In this document: positions 19,878 through 29,947 of the stretch, in pieces
Layout of the letters: every line of letters begins with the position of its first letter
How positions within the stretch are numbered: the stretch's first letter is position 1
Source of the DNA: Patescibacteria group bacterium
GTDB lineage: Bacteria; Patescibacteriota; Patescibacteriia; UBA9934; GWF2-40-263
Assembly (NCBI GenBank): GCA_041661745.1
Contig: JBAZTR010000002.1
Location: 68,368-132,367 of the forward strand
DNA length: 64,000 bases
Reading direction: 5' to 3'
Notes under the pieces: model-generated
What the model was told of the DNA's origin: nothing
Seen by the model: the letters and a program-made list of their open reading frames with translations, nothing else
Databases searched by the model: none
Made by a program: the position numbers and the translations under genes

Positions 19878-20426
19878 TCAATTAATTAAATATTCCCAAC
19901 CCGGTTGCCAGGCTTTGTTTTTCCGCCAATCCTCGGCAAAAGCTTGTTCCCAGGTTTTATTTTTTAGCAGGACGTCGAGAGCTAACTGCGGCGCTTTGTG
20001 AGCCACAATAGCCACGTGCTTACCGTCATAATTTTCTTTTAGGTGCTTAAGAAAATCAGCGATTCTTATTTTAACATCTTCATAACTTTCTCCGCCAGGG
20101 AAACGGTTGATAATATTTTGTTCCTGAAGCGGCTCGACAATGCTTGAGGGTTGGGCGTTAAAGTCCCCGTAGTCGCATTCACGAAGTCGCTTATCTTGAA
20201 TAATCTGCCAACCACTATCACCAAAAGTCAATTGTGCCGAAGCAACTGCTCGTTTCAAATCAGAACAAAAAACCACATCAAATTTCTTATCTTTGATATG
20301 GTTTTTTAATTCAATAGATTGTTTTATCCCAAGTTCGGATAATTCAGCATCATGACAGCCGGAAGAAATCTCTCTTTCATTATCAGTGGTGGTTCCGTGA
20401 ACAAAGTAAGTAATTTGAACTGACAT
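19878..20426 (-). CDS. Histidine phosphatase family protein
   Basis: VHG (RHG variant), SDLKRA, LRECDYG, PGGES, VAH. Confidence 0.85.
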   Translation of the reverse strand: MSVQITYFVHGTTTDNEREISSGCHDAELSELGIKQSIELKNHIKDKKFDVVFCSDLKRAVASAQLTFGDSGWQIIQDKRLRECDYGDFNAQPSSIVEPLQEQNIINRFPGGESYEDVKIRIADFLKHLKENYDGKHVAIVAHKAPQLALDVLLKNKTWEQAFAEDWRKNKAWQPGWEYLIN

Positions 20427-20440
20427 AAAACAGGGGTTCT

Positions 20441-20482
20441 CCCTCTCTCGTCGCCACGACGGGGGAGGGTTGGGGTGGGGGC
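20441..20482. repeat. Variant palindromic element at trxA stop
   Basis: CCCTCTCTCGTCG-CCA-CGACGGGGGAGGG-TTGGGGTGGGG. Confidence 0.65.
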
Positions 20483-20800
20483 CTAGAGCGCTCGCTCAAT
20501 TCTTTCCTTCATCGCTTCCTTGGTTAAAGCTCCGGAAAACTGATCAACCGGCTGACCACCTTTAAAAACCATGAAGGTTGGAATAGAAAGGATATTAAAA
20601 CGTTGAGCCACCTCGGTTTCTTCGTCAACATTAACTTTGGCCACAATAACGGAATCCATCTCATTGGCCAGCTCTTCGACAATCGGCCCCATCATGCGAC
20701 ACGGACCGCACCACGGTGCCCAGAAATCGACAAACACCGGCTTATCAGATTGCAAAATGGTTTGATCAAAATTTTGTGAAGTTAAGTTGAGTTCAGACAT
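20483..20800 (-). CDS. trxA: Thioredoxin
   Basis: WAPWCGPC. Confidence 0.97.
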   Translation of the reverse strand: MSELNLTSQNFDQTILQSDKPVFVDFWAPWCGPCRMMGPIVEELANEMDSVIVAKVNVDEETEVAQRFNILSIPTFMVFKGGQPVDQFSGALTKEAMKERIERAL

Positions 20801-20907
20801 ATTTTTATTTTAGGTGTGTAGTAGGTAGGTCAGTAGTGGGTAGGCAAAAACCTCCGTCGAGACATCTTGCCTACATACTACCTACTACATACTATCAGCC
20901 TTAATTA

Positions 20908-22929
20908 TTATCTAGCACGAATACCTTTAATTTCAAGAAGCCGTCCTTTAACTTCTTCAGTATAGAGTTCGAAAATATCACCAGCTTCGGCTTTGGTTTT
21001 ACTCTTATAACCAACACCGCATTCTTGTCCGGCTTTGGCATCCTTAACCTCGGCTCGACCAATTTGAACGGTAAGGATTTCACCTTCACCAACAATTTGT
21101 TCGGCTCGCCAGATACGAATTTTTGCCTTGGGTTTTATTTTACCATCTTTAACGCGCAAGCCAACAATCCAACCGTTATCAAGTTTTTTAAAGTTAGCTA
21201 AAACCTCGGCTTTACCAATTTCCGTCACCACGGTCTCTGATGGCAAAAGTTTTTGCAGGTCAGTTAAAAGATCTTCGAATAATTTATAAATAATGCTGTA
21301 CTCGCGAACCGTAACATTTTTGTCACGAGCCAATTCTTCAGCCGTTGTGGTTGGCTTGGCGTTGAAACCAATAACCACAGCACCGGTTGCTTCGGCATTT
21401 AGAATATCTGACTCGACAATATGCCCGAGTCCTTTGCCGACCACCTCAATACCAACCTCGGGATGTTGCACGGTGTCGAGCATACCAAGAATAGCCTCGA
21501 GCGAACCGAGCACATCGGCGCGCAACACCACCTTACGAGTTTGTTTGACTCCCTCGCCGTCAGTCGGCGCAGCGTGTTTAATGGAGGCGACTTCTTCAGT
21601 GGCGCGCATTGGTTTAACTTTAAGTTTTTTAAGAGCCGCGGCATCGGCCGGAACTTCAATTACATCGCCAACTGCCGGAGCGGCGCGAAGTCCAATAAGT
21701 TTTACCGGCATTGATGGCGGAGCGATTTTTACCAACTCGCCTTTCCAATCACGCATGGCCCGAACGCGGCCATAAAGTGCATCGGCCACACCAAGATCAT
21801 CACCAATCCGCAAAGTGCCGGCCTGCACCAAAATTGAAGCAACCGGTCCTTCACCCGGATCAACGTGTGACTCGATAACCGTACCAATGGCCGGACGGTC
21901 TGGGTTGGCACGAATAAATTTTTCGTTCATGTCGGCCGTCAAAATCAAAACATCTAGTAAATCATCAATACCAGTGCCGAGCTTAGCGGCCACAGGAATG
22001 ATCACGGTTTTTCCACCCCATTCTTCTGGAATCAAATTCAATTCTGCCAACTGGCCTTTAACCCGTTCTTGGTTAGCATCGGGTTTATCGATTTTATTCA
22101 AAGCCACGACAAACGGTAAGTGGCTAGACTGAATAATATTAACAGCCTCTTTGGTTTGTGGTTGCACACCATCATCAGCGGCTACAACTAGAATAGCAAT
22201 ATCAGCCACCTTAGCTCCGCGTGAACGCATGACTGTAAAAGCTTCGTGTCCAGGTGTATCAATAAAAGTTAAAAGACGGCCTTTGCGTTCAACTTGATAG
22301 GCACCAATGTGTTGGGTGATTCCACCAGCCTCAGACTCCATGACATTGGTTTTACGAATAGCGTCAAGAATTTTTGTTTTGCCGTGGTCAACGTGACCCA
22401 TGACAACAATAACCGGCGGACGATTTTTTAGGGTCTCTTCGGTTTCTTCGGCCGCGACTTCGGTCAAACGCTTGTCGGCCTCGGGATTAACTGCTTCCTC
22501 TTTTCCTTCTTCCTCAAGAGTTGCCTTGTAACCCAAATCCTCGGCAATGATTGAAGCTGTGTCAAAATCCAATCTCTCGTTAAGCGAAGCAAAAATTCCG
22601 CTACGCATTAATTCCTGCATAACCTTAGGTACTGGCAACTGCAAAAGCGAAGCAAAATCACGAACGGTTATAATGGCTGGCAAGACAATTGGTTTTTGTT
22701 CTTCGGCTGTCCGAGACTCACGGCGTTCTTGCTCGGCCTTTTGCGTTTCCATTCTTTCCTGTAATCTTTGACGGCGCTTTAATTCGGCCCAAGCATTCTG
22801 AATCTGACCAGCCACACGGTCATCAACCTTGATGGCGTGTGTACCAATACTAAAACCAAGCTCCGGCAGTTTGCTCCGTAACTCCTCTGGTAACACATTC
22901 AGGCGACGAGCCAGTTCGGATATATTCAT
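20908..22929 (-). CDS. infB: Translation initiation factor IF-2
   Basis: [30 protein letters not shown]. Confidence 0.98.
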   Translation of the reverse strand: MNISELARRLNVLPEELRSKLPELGFSIGTHAIKVDDRVAGQIQNAWAELKRRQRLQERMETQKAEQERRESRTAEEQKPIVLPAIITVRDFASLLQLPVPKVMQELMRSGIFASLNERLDFDTASIIAEDLGYKATLEEEGKEEAVNPEADKRLTEVAAEETEETLKNRPPVIVVMGHVDHGKTKILDAIRKTNVMESEAGGITQHIGAYQVERKGRLLTFIDTPGHEAFTVMRSRGAKVADIAILVVAADDGVQPQTKEAVNIIQSSHLPFVVALNKIDKPDANQERVKGQLAELNLIPEEWGGKTVIIPVAAKLGTGIDDLLDVLILTADMNEKFIRANPDRPAIGTVIESHVDPGEGPVASILVQAGTLRIGDDLGVADALYGRVRAMRDWKGELVKIAPPSMPVKLIGLRAAPAVGDVIEVPADAAALKKLKVKPMRATEEVASIKHAAPTDGEGVKQTRKVVLRADVLGSLEAILGMLDTVQHPEVGIEVVGKGLGHIVESDILNAEATGAVVIGFNAKPTTTAEELARDKNVTVREYSIIYKLFEDLLTDLQKLLPSETVVTEIGKAEVLANFKKLDNGWIVGLRVKDGKIKPKAKIRIWRAEQIVGEGEILTVQIGRAEVKDAKAGQECGVGYKSKTKAEAGDIFELYTEEVKGRLLEIKGIRAR

Positions 22930-22972
22930 AAGTGGTTAAATAATAATGCTTTTAGTAGAATAAGTAAAGATT

Positions 22973-23611
22973 ATGCCCTTCCTTCTTATCGACAAGCCGG
23001 TCGGTCCAACTTCACACGATATTGTTGACCAAGTCCGCCGAATAACCGGCGAACGTCGTGTCGGCCACGCCGGAACACTGGATCCCTTTGCCAGTGGTCT
23101 TTTAATTGTCGCTGTCGGCCGCGAATCAACCAAGGAATTGAGTAAATTCGTTGGCCTTGGCAAGGTTTACGAAGCGACCTTTATTTTGGGCGGATCAAGT
23201 GATACTGATGACCGTACTGGTAAAATAACGCCGGTACCCTTACCGCCTGGCTTAACTGAGGAGAAGATAAAAACAGCTATTGGCAAATTCATTGGTGAAA
23301 TCGAACAAATTCCACCAGCCTACGCAGCCATAAAAATTGGCGGCAAAAAAATGTACGAAGCGGCCCGCGAAGGCAAACCACTGGAGGCAAAAGCCAGGCC
23401 AGTGACGATTTTTGAGTACGATCTAACTTCCACACCGCTCGTGAAAACCGATACGGTAGAAATCCGTGTATACATAAAATGTTCGTCAGGCACCTACATC
23501 CGAGCCCTGGCTCGCGACCTTGGTCAAGCCTTGGGGACTGGCGGGTATGTCTCGGAACTAAGGCGAACAGCCATCGGACAATATAAGGTAGAGGACGCAA
23601 AAACCCTGTAA
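22973..23611 (+). CDS. truB: tRNA pseudouridine(55) synthase
   Basis: GHAGTLDP, CSSGTYIR, LRRT. Confidence 0.96.
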   Translation: MPFLLIDKPVGPTSHDIVDQVRRITGERRVGHAGTLDPFASGLLIVAVGRESTKELSKFVGLGKVYEATFILGGSSDTDDRTGKITPVPLPPGLTEEKIKTAIGKFIGEIEQIPPAYAAIKIGGKKMYEAAREGKPLEAKARPVTIFEYDLTSTPLVKTDTVEIRVYIKCSSGTYIRALARDLGQALGTGGYVSELRRTAIGQYKVEDAKTL

Positions 23612-23672
23612 AATCACCCCTTGCTCAAAGGATGATTTTATGAGATAATAAAAGCGTAAAAAATAATTTTCA

Positions 23673-23855
23673 GTATCCAGACAGAAGTTTTCGTCAATAC
23701 GCTTTTAACCATGCTTTCCAAACCTTGGAAATAAATATGATGCGCGCTAATCCGCTAATTAAAGCCGATTTACCCAGACCGCTAGCCGCGACATCTTTTT
23801 TGTTATAAACCCGAGTTAGGAAAAAATAAGCGTTTTTATGGAACTTCTTGGATAC
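23673..23855 (+). ncRNA. Candidate 6S RNA upstream of rny
   Basis: 183 nt; closing stem GTATCCA/TGGATAC, AGAAGTT/AACTTCT, ACGCTT/AAGCGT; apical stem GATG..CGCG..CTA/TAG..CGCG..CATC; TTGCTC-17-GATAAT promoter upstream. Confidence 0.55.
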
Positions 23856-23867
23856 CAAGAGGTTTTT

Positions 23868-25406
23868 ATGTTAACAACTGACAATCTCCTTATCATCGCC
23901 GCGGCGATGGGGGTTGCCCTGGGATTCGTCATTGGTTATTTCCTCCGTCGTTTCATTGCCCACAAGGCCGTGCAAAACGCCGAAGTAAGAGCGGAAAAAA
24001 CCATTGCCGATGCCAAGGCCAAACAGCAAGAAATGATCCTTGAGGCCAAAGAAAAATCCCTCAAGATTATCGACGAAGCTAAACAAGAGGAAACAACTCG
24101 TCGTCACGAACTGCAAGAAACGCAAAAACGTTTGGAAAAACGCGAAGCGACCTTTGACCAAAAAATTCTTGATCTTGAAGACAAGAAAAACAAGCTGGAA
24201 GAAAAAACCAAACAGGTCGAGGAAATCAAAAAGAAAATTTTAGAGTTGCGTGATCAAGAAACCACTAAACTTCAAGAAGTCGCCGGCTTAACCAAAGAGC
24301 AAGCTCAAGAACGTTTATTGAAAGCCATCGAGGAAACCAATCAAGAAGCATTACTTAGTCGTTTGCGCAAAATGGAACAAGCCACCGAAGAAGAGTTAGA
24401 ACGCGAATCGCGCAAACTTATTTCTTTGGCTATTACCCGCTTTGCCGCGCCGCAGGCTGTGGAAACCACAACTGTGGCCGTGTCTTTGCCGTCGGATGAA
24501 ATGAAAGGCCGCATCATTGGTAAAGAAGGTCGCAACATTAAAGCCATCGAACTCTTAACTGGTACAGAAATCATTGTCGACGAAACACCAGAAATGATTA
24601 CCGTCAGCGGCTTCTCGCCTATTCGCCGTCAGGTGGCCAAATTAGCTTTGGAAATGCTTATCAAAGATGGCCGTATTCAACCGGCTCGTATTGAGGAAGC
24701 AATTACTGAAGCCAAAAAACAATTATCACAAGAAATCAAAAAAGCCGGCGAAGAAGCTTTGTACGCTTTGGGTATTCCGGTTTCCTCCATTGATCCTAAA
24801 CTGGTTTCCATTCTTGGCCGCTTAAAGTATCGCACGAGTTATGGCCAGAATGTTCTGCAACACTCCATTGAAGTGGCCCAACTCGCCGCGGCCATGGCCG
24901 AAGAGCTTGGCGCTGATGTCGCCATTTGTAAAAAAGGCGGTATCTTCCACGATATTGGCAAAGCTGTTGACCACGACATGCAAGGGGCTCACCCGGAGAT
25001 TGGCTACAACATCATGAAGAAGTTTGGCCTGCCGGAAGAAATTTGTTATCAATCGGTCGCCCACCACGAGGATCGCCCGCGCACCATTGAAGCCGCTTTG
25101 ATTAAAGCCGGTGACGCTATCAGTGGCGCCAGACCAGGGGCTCGTAAACAATCTTTGGAACAATTCATCCAGCGTATGGAAGAGCTGGAAAAAACCGCTT
25201 CGACTTTTGAAGGTGTTGAAAAGGCTTACGCTATTCAAGCTGGCCGCGAAGTCCGGGTCTTTATTCAACCGGAAAAAATTAACGACATGGAATCGTATCA
25301 ACTGGCCAAAGACATTGCCACTAAAATTGAAAGCGAACTGCAGTATCCCGGTGAAATTAAAGTGACGGTAATTAGGGAAACCCGCGTCATTGAATACGCT
25401 AGATAA
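23868..25406 (+). CDS. rny: Ribonuclease Y
   Basis: N-terminal TM, coiled coil, KH (KGRIIGKEGRNI), HD (HDIGK), YAIQAGRE. Confidence 0.97.
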   Translation: MLTTDNLLIIAAAMGVALGFVIGYFLRRFIAHKAVQNAEVRAEKTIADAKAKQQEMILEAKEKSLKIIDEAKQEETTRRHELQETQKRLEKREATFDQKILDLEDKKNKLEEKTKQVEEIKKKILELRDQETTKLQEVAGLTKEQAQERLLKAIEETNQEALLSRLRKMEQATEEELERESRKLISLAITRFAAPQAVETTTVAVSLPSDEMKGRIIGKEGRNIKAIELLTGTEIIVDETPEMITVSGFSPIRRQVAKLALEMLIKDGRIQPARIEEAITEAKKQLSQEIKKAGEEALYALGIPVSSIDPKLVSILGRLKYRTSYGQNVLQHSIEVAQLAAAMAEELGADVAICKKGGIFHDIGKAVDHDMQGAHPEIGYNIMKKFGLPEEICYQSVAHHEDRPRTIEAALIKAGDAISGARPGARKQSLEQFIQRMEELEKTASTFEGVEKAYAIQAGREVRVFIQPEKINDMESYQLAKDIATKIESELQYPGEIKVTVIRETRVIEYAR

Positions 25407-25446
25407 AATGCAGGGGCGGACATTCGTTCGCCCCTCATTTAAAAAT

Positions 25447-26247
25447 ATGAAGATATTAATGTTTGGCGACACGATTGGAAAAATTGGTCGTGAAACCGTC
25501 AAAAAAATTCTCCCCGATCTGCGCGCCGAGTTTCAACCAGACTTCGTTATCATGAACGCGGAAAATTTGGCCCACGGTTTTGGTATTACTAAAAAAATTA
25601 TTTTAGAAATGATCGAGGCCGGCGTTGACGCCTTCACTTCCGGCAACCATGTCTTGGCCAACCCCAGTTGTGACGAGGTTTTTGCTGATCCGGAATTAAA
25701 AAAACTTGTTCTTAGACCGTATAATATTCCCCACCAAAGTGGAGCAGGTTATTCAGTCGTAGAAAAAAACGGTAAAAAAATTCTGCTTGCCAGTTTGTCC
25801 GGAAATGTTTTTATGGAAGATAAAGCTGCCAGTAACTTTATTGTGGCGGCTGATGAAATTTTAGAAAAGACTAGGGGCGAAAAAATTGCTGCCAAGCTTT
25901 TCGACTTCCACGCCGAAGCAACCTCAGAAAAAGCTGTCCTTGGTCTATACCTCGATGGCCGCATTTCGGCCTTTGTCGGCACACACACCCACGTTCCAAC
26001 AGCTGATGAAAGACTTTTACCTAAAGGTACAGCTTTTGTTTCTGACATTGGTATGGTTGGGGCGCACAATCAAGCAATCGGTGGAGCATACGAACCGATC
26101 TTGGTCGGTATGAGGGTTGGTGAGCTCGGTAAGTTCGAGGTCCCAGAATCGGGCCCGGTCGAAGTGAATGCCATCCTTATTGAAATTGACGAAGAAACCG
26201 GATTGGCCAAGGGTATAAAAAGGGTACGGAAGACCTTGACACTTTGA
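25447..26247 (+). CDS. YmdB-family metallophosphoesterase
   Basis: GDTIG, NAEN, TSGNH, DFHAEATSEK, GTHTHVPT; rny-adjacent. Confidence 0.93.
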   Translation: MKILMFGDTIGKIGRETVKKILPDLRAEFQPDFVIMNAENLAHGFGITKKIILEMIEAGVDAFTSGNHVLANPSCDEVFADPELKKLVLRPYNIPHQSGAGYSVVEKNGKKILLASLSGNVFMEDKAASNFIVAADEILEKTRGEKIAAKLFDFHAEATSEKAVLGLYLDGRISAFVGTHTHVPTADERLLPKGTAFVSDIGMVGAHNQAIGGAYEPILVGMRVGELGKFEVPESGPVEVNAILIEIDEETGLAKGIKRVRKTLTL

Positions 26248-26293
26248 AGACTTTTTGGCTATACTATCAATAGAAATAAACATTCTCCTCAAT

Positions 26294-26629
26294 ATGAACA
26301 AAGCAGAATTGGCCCTTAAAATTTCCGAAAAATTGAACATTGCCAAAAAGCAGGCCGAAGATTTTGTCGAGGCTTTTGACGACATCGTTACCAACACCTT
26401 GGTGAATGATGGCGAAGTCACTATTGCTGGATTTGGCACCTTCTCGGCTCGCGTCCGTCGCGGTCGTGCTGGGGTTAATCCACAAAACCCAACAGAGAAA
26501 ATCCAAATTCCTTCAGTTAAGGTTCCAAAATTCAAAGCTGGTAAATCATTAAAAGATGCTTTAAAGGGCAAAACCGCCAAACCGGCCACTGCCCCGGCCC
26601 CGGAAACTCCAGTTGCACCGGCCATTTAA
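26294..26629 (+). CDS. HU family DNA-binding protein
   Basis: MNKAEL, GFGTF, GVNPQ, PKFKAGKSLK. Confidence 0.95.
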   Translation: MNKAELALKISEKLNIAKKQAEDFVEAFDDIVTNTLVNDGEVTIAGFGTFSARVRRGRAGVNPQNPTEKIQIPSVKVPKFKAGKSLKDALKGKTAKPATAPAPETPVAPAI

Positions 26630-26673
26630 ATAGAATAGAAAAAAGAGAGTCTGAGAAGGCTCTCTTTTAGTTT

Positions 26674-27861
26674 TCAGACACGCGGCCTGAAGAGATACAG
26701 AACCAAAGCTCCGGCCACCATGAGGCTGCCACAAATCATCCAGACCGTGGCAATAGTCGTGTTGTCACTCGGTGCTTGACGCAGACTAAACCACACCACG
26801 AAGGGAGTAACAGCAAAACCCAAACGGCCGAGGAGCGACTGAAGCGAGCTAAAGGTCGCCCGATACGAACTTTCCACGCGATGATGAATGAAGACGTCGG
26901 AAAGTGGCTCGAAGATACCGCGGCCAAGTTCATGGATGATCACCATAGGCAGAACGAAACCCCAACCTCCGAAGACTGGAATCAGTGCCATGCCGATGCC
27001 GCTCATGGCCAAGGCGATGAGAATGCCTGACTCTTCCCGTCCGTTCAAAACACGGCGGCTTCTCACGACAAAACCAGCAATCGGCACGGCCGGATACATA
27101 ACCAGCCAAGCAATGGAACCGCCTGATGGCCCGAAGAGCTCGTTGAAGTAAACGGCCCAGTAGTGATTGAAGGAAACCACCAAACCGAAAACAATCATAC
27201 TCGCGGCCACCCACACCAGGGCGCGACTCTGGCAAAGAAGAGTGAAGCTTTGCTTCAACGCTTCGAGCTCGGAAATCTTTTCCTCGGGCTCGCCGTGACC
27301 ATTCATACGATACTTGGCCAGCCACCAGACGAAAATTCCACTAACTACCAGCGGCAACCAAACGAAGTGCAACCCGATTGACTGGGCCAGAGTGTTGGCA
27401 AGAAGAGCGACAACGAACAAGACCGAACCATGAATAACTTTATCCATGGCAAAAGCTTTTTTGGTCGCGTGCTTCAACTCGTCATCGATCAAGCCGGAAC
27501 ACTTCAGCGAATCAACCATCCAGGCCTGCTTGGCTCCGGACATGAAAGCGCCGCCCACACCGACCAAGGCCTCGGCCAACATGGCGCTCCACAAACCTTC
27601 GGCAAAAAAGTAGGTGAGCGCACCAACGGCGTAGAAAAGACCGGACATGCCAATCGACCATGAACGACTGCGGCCATCGGCCAAGGCGCCGGTTGGAAGT
27701 TCAGCACAAATAACCGTGACCCAAAAAATCGTGTTGATCAAACTAAACTCGGCGTAAGACAAACCGAGCGAAGCCATGAATGGGCCATAAGCAACACAGG
27801 TGGCGCCCATGCCAACAGCCAGTGCGGCCGACAGAAGGTAGTACATTGATTGGGGACGCAT
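26674..27861 (-). CDS. MFS transporter (GC-richer cassette)
   Basis: ELPTGALADGRSR motif A variant, FMSGA, YRATFSS; many TM segments; AAGGAG SD. Confidence 0.88.
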   Translation of the reverse strand: MRPQSMYYLLSAALAVGMGATCVAYGPFMASLGLSYAEFSLINTIFWVTVICAELPTGALADGRSRSWSIGMSGLFYAVGALTYFFAEGLWSAMLAEALVGVGGAFMSGAKQAWMVDSLKCSGLIDDELKHATKKAFAMDKVIHGSVLFVVALLANTLAQSIGLHFVWLPLVVSGIFVWWLAKYRMNGHGEPEEKISELEALKQSFTLLCQSRALVWVAASMIVFGLVVSFNHYWAVYFNELFGPSGGSIAWLVMYPAVPIAGFVVRSRRVLNGREESGILIALAMSGIGMALIPVFGGWGFVLPMVIIHELGRGIFEPLSDVFIHHRVESSYRATFSSLQSLLGRLGFAVTPFVVWFSLRQAPSDNTTIATVWMICGSLMVAGALVLYLFRPRV

Positions 27862-27887
27862 AATCGACTCCTTGGGGCGAATTAAAA

Positions 27888-28045
27888 CAACCCGGGGATT
27901 TCCCGGGTTGCTTAGAAATTGATTTAATTTAACTACGTGTCAAAAAAATCAGTGGCCGACAACCCGAGAAACGCAAAACTTCGCCAATACCGATAACAGT
28001 ATTGAAGTGGTAAGACATTTTCGGATTGTGCCAACAATTATTCAT
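27888..28045 (-). promoter_or_regulatory. Putative attenuator: 38-aa leader ORF plus terminator before MFS gene
   Basis: uORF 28045-27929; terminator CAACCCGGG/CCCGGGTTG-TTTT at 27910-27884; alternative partner CTCGGGTTG in the leader. Confidence 0.55.
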
Positions 28046-28170
28046 AATTCTAGTCCGCTTTGGACTACATCTATATAGTCGTTCGGACCAGGCAAAGTAT
28101 CACATTTGGTTAAAAATAGCAATGATACAATCAAAAAACCGCCATCCCTAGGCGGTTTTGATTTTAATCT

Positions 28171-28725
28171 CTATTCGGAAACTTTTGTTATCGTTTCAAA
28201 AATCGGTTTAAATACTTCTTCCTCGCCCAAAATAACAGAAACAACAATTAAATCTTCTCCGTTCTGAAACAGATAATGAGTTTTATCCATTCCAATAGCC
28301 GTGGTGCTGATCATTTTTTTCATGGCAATTCCGCCCTGGGTTACATCGGTTATTTCCCCAATGGCAATATTCCCTTGATCAGAAGCCTGAAGCGCTTCGG
28401 AAAACTGTTCGACACTGACATTTTTAAAAGCGTAAAAAAGAGCAAGTGTTGCTGGACCCTCTCCTTCACGACTAATGTCGCGAATGGACACAAAAAATTT
28501 TCCATTCAAACCAGCATAAGTCGAATCTTGGTCTTCGCTTGGACGCTCACGCAGCTCCATGGTGTCTGGATATGAAACAGCAAAATTGTAAGCAGTGTCA
28601 GAATAAGTTGTCCAACCGCTTGGAACATGAACCTTGGGGCTGCCACCACCAAATTTTTGACAACCAAAAGCCGTTAGAGTTAAGGCGATTAAAACTAGAG
28701 GTAAAAAATAAAGGATCTTTTTCAT
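28171..28725 (-). CDS. Lipoprotein, PsbP/DcrB-like
   Basis: MKK + hydrophobic stretch + AFGC lipobox; W..Y.D..YNFAVSYP motif. Confidence 0.65.
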   Translation of the reverse strand: MKKILYFLPLVLIALTLTAFGCQKFGGGSPKVHVPSGWTTYSDTAYNFAVSYPDTMELRERPSEDQDSTYAGLNGKFFVSIRDISREGEGPATLALFYAFKNVSVEQFSEALQASDQGNIAIGEITDVTQGGIAMKKMISTTAIGMDKTHYLFQNGEDLIVVSVILGEEEVFKPIFETITKVSE

Positions 28726-28763
28726 AAAACCGATTTTGGATATAAATAATTTTATTTTATCGC

Positions 28764-28838
28764 TGGTGCGCCTGGAGGGAATTGAACCCCCATTGCTAGT
28801 TCCGAAGACTAGCGCTCTATCCATTGAGCTACAGGCGC
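28764..28838 (-). tRNA. tRNA-Arg(TCG)
   Basis: GCGCCTG acceptor stem, CTAGT-CTTCGGA-ACTAG anticodon arm, encoded CCA. Confidence 0.93.
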
Positions 28839-28938
28839 GAAATGAGGAACATAAACACGTCACTTTTCCCCCACTAAGAATACGTGAAATCTTGACTCGC
28901 GTCAATGATTATGACATAATTTTTCCGTTGGAAAAAAT

Positions 28939-29015
28939 GCGCGCATAGCTCAGCCCGGTAGAGCAGGTGGCTCTTAACCACTTGGTCGAGGGTTCAAATC
29001 CCCCTGCGCGCACCA
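28939..29015 (+). tRNA. tRNA-Lys(CTT)
   Basis: GCGCGCA acceptor stem, GGTGG-CTCTTAA-CCACT anticodon arm, encoded CCA. Confidence 0.95.
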
Positions 29016-29074
29016 AAAAAATCTCTGTGAAATCAGGGATTTTTTTAAAAACTTTTCCTTCACTTCTCCTCCCT

Positions 29075-29659
29075 TTAACTCCCTTTCCTCCCCTTCGAAT
29101 AAACACACCCACAATAATGTTGATGATAAATTCCCAGTTCCTTGCCGCGTTTTTGCGATTCCATTTCCCCGCCCTGTTTTTTAAAGTCGCCAGCTAAAAA
29201 TTTTATTCCAATCTCGGCGGCGATTTTTTCGCCAATCGGATTAATAATCGCGGCTGGTTTAAAACGACCGACGGTTAAGGTGGTGGCGAAATAATCGAAA
29301 CCTAGTTTTTTGGCTTCTTCAGCCGTGCGTCTCAAACGAAGTTCAAAACAAAGAGGACAGCGCGCTCCGCCCTCGCGCTCGTTCGCAAACCCGCGAACTC
29401 TTTCGAACCAAACCTTGGGGTCGTACTCACCTTCGATCATCGGAAGTTTCAAAAATTCCGACATTTGTTTTACAGCCTCACGACGGTGTTCATATTCCTC
29501 GCATGGATGAATGTTGGGATTGAAATAAAAAATTGTCACAGTAAAATCCTGCGACAATTTTTCAGGAAGCCAAGCGCCGCAAATTCCGCAGCAAGTATGA
29601 AGCAGCAACTTTGGTTTTTCCACATTTAAAAATTTTAAGCGGCTTTTCTTTTTTCCCAA
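29075..29659 (-). CDS. queH: Epoxyqueuosine reductase QueH (DUF208)
   Basis: LLLHTCCGIC, FNPNIHP, RCPLCFELRL, QHYCGCVYS. Confidence 0.9.
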   Translation of the reverse strand: MGKKKSRLKFLNVEKPKLLLHTCCGICGAWLPEKLSQDFTVTIFYFNPNIHPCEEYEHRREAVKQMSEFLKLPMIEGEYDPKVWFERVRGFANEREGGARCPLCFELRLRRTAEEAKKLGFDYFATTLTVGRFKPAAIINPIGEKIAAEIGIKFLAGDFKKQGGEMESQKRGKELGIYHQHYCGCVYSKGRKGS

Positions 29660-29910
29660 TTCACCTCTTTACCTAGTAGTTCGGTTGAGACACCGGAAGT
29701 ATAGGCATCCAAAACTCTCCCAACCTCGCCGGCCGGCAAATCAACAAATTTTTCTTTAAGTATTCCAGCGATCAAACCCTTCGCGTCGGCTCGGGTTATT
29801 CCTTTTTTTCTCATTGCGTCATAAAGTTGAGCAATCGCTTCCGCCGGGTTATCAGTTTCCGGAACTCGTAGACTCGATCCCCGCTCTGGTGAATATCCTT
29901 CTCTAAACAT
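29635..29910 (-). CDS. Hypothetical protein
   Basis: 91 aa ORF co-oriented between rnc and queH. Confidence 0.55.
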   Translation of the reverse strand: MFREGYSPERGSSLRVPETDNPAEAIAQLYDAMRKKGITRADAKGLIAGILKEKFVDLPAGEVGRVLDAYTSGVSTELLGKEVNWEKRKAA

Positions 29911-29947
29911 ATGGTTAAAAAAAATTACTAATAATTATTAATATTTT

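Noticed and set aside
28726-28905. N-terminal extension of the lipoprotein ORF; ORFs 6563-6862 and 28967-29197
   Set aside because: They overlap tRNA genes and are spurious.
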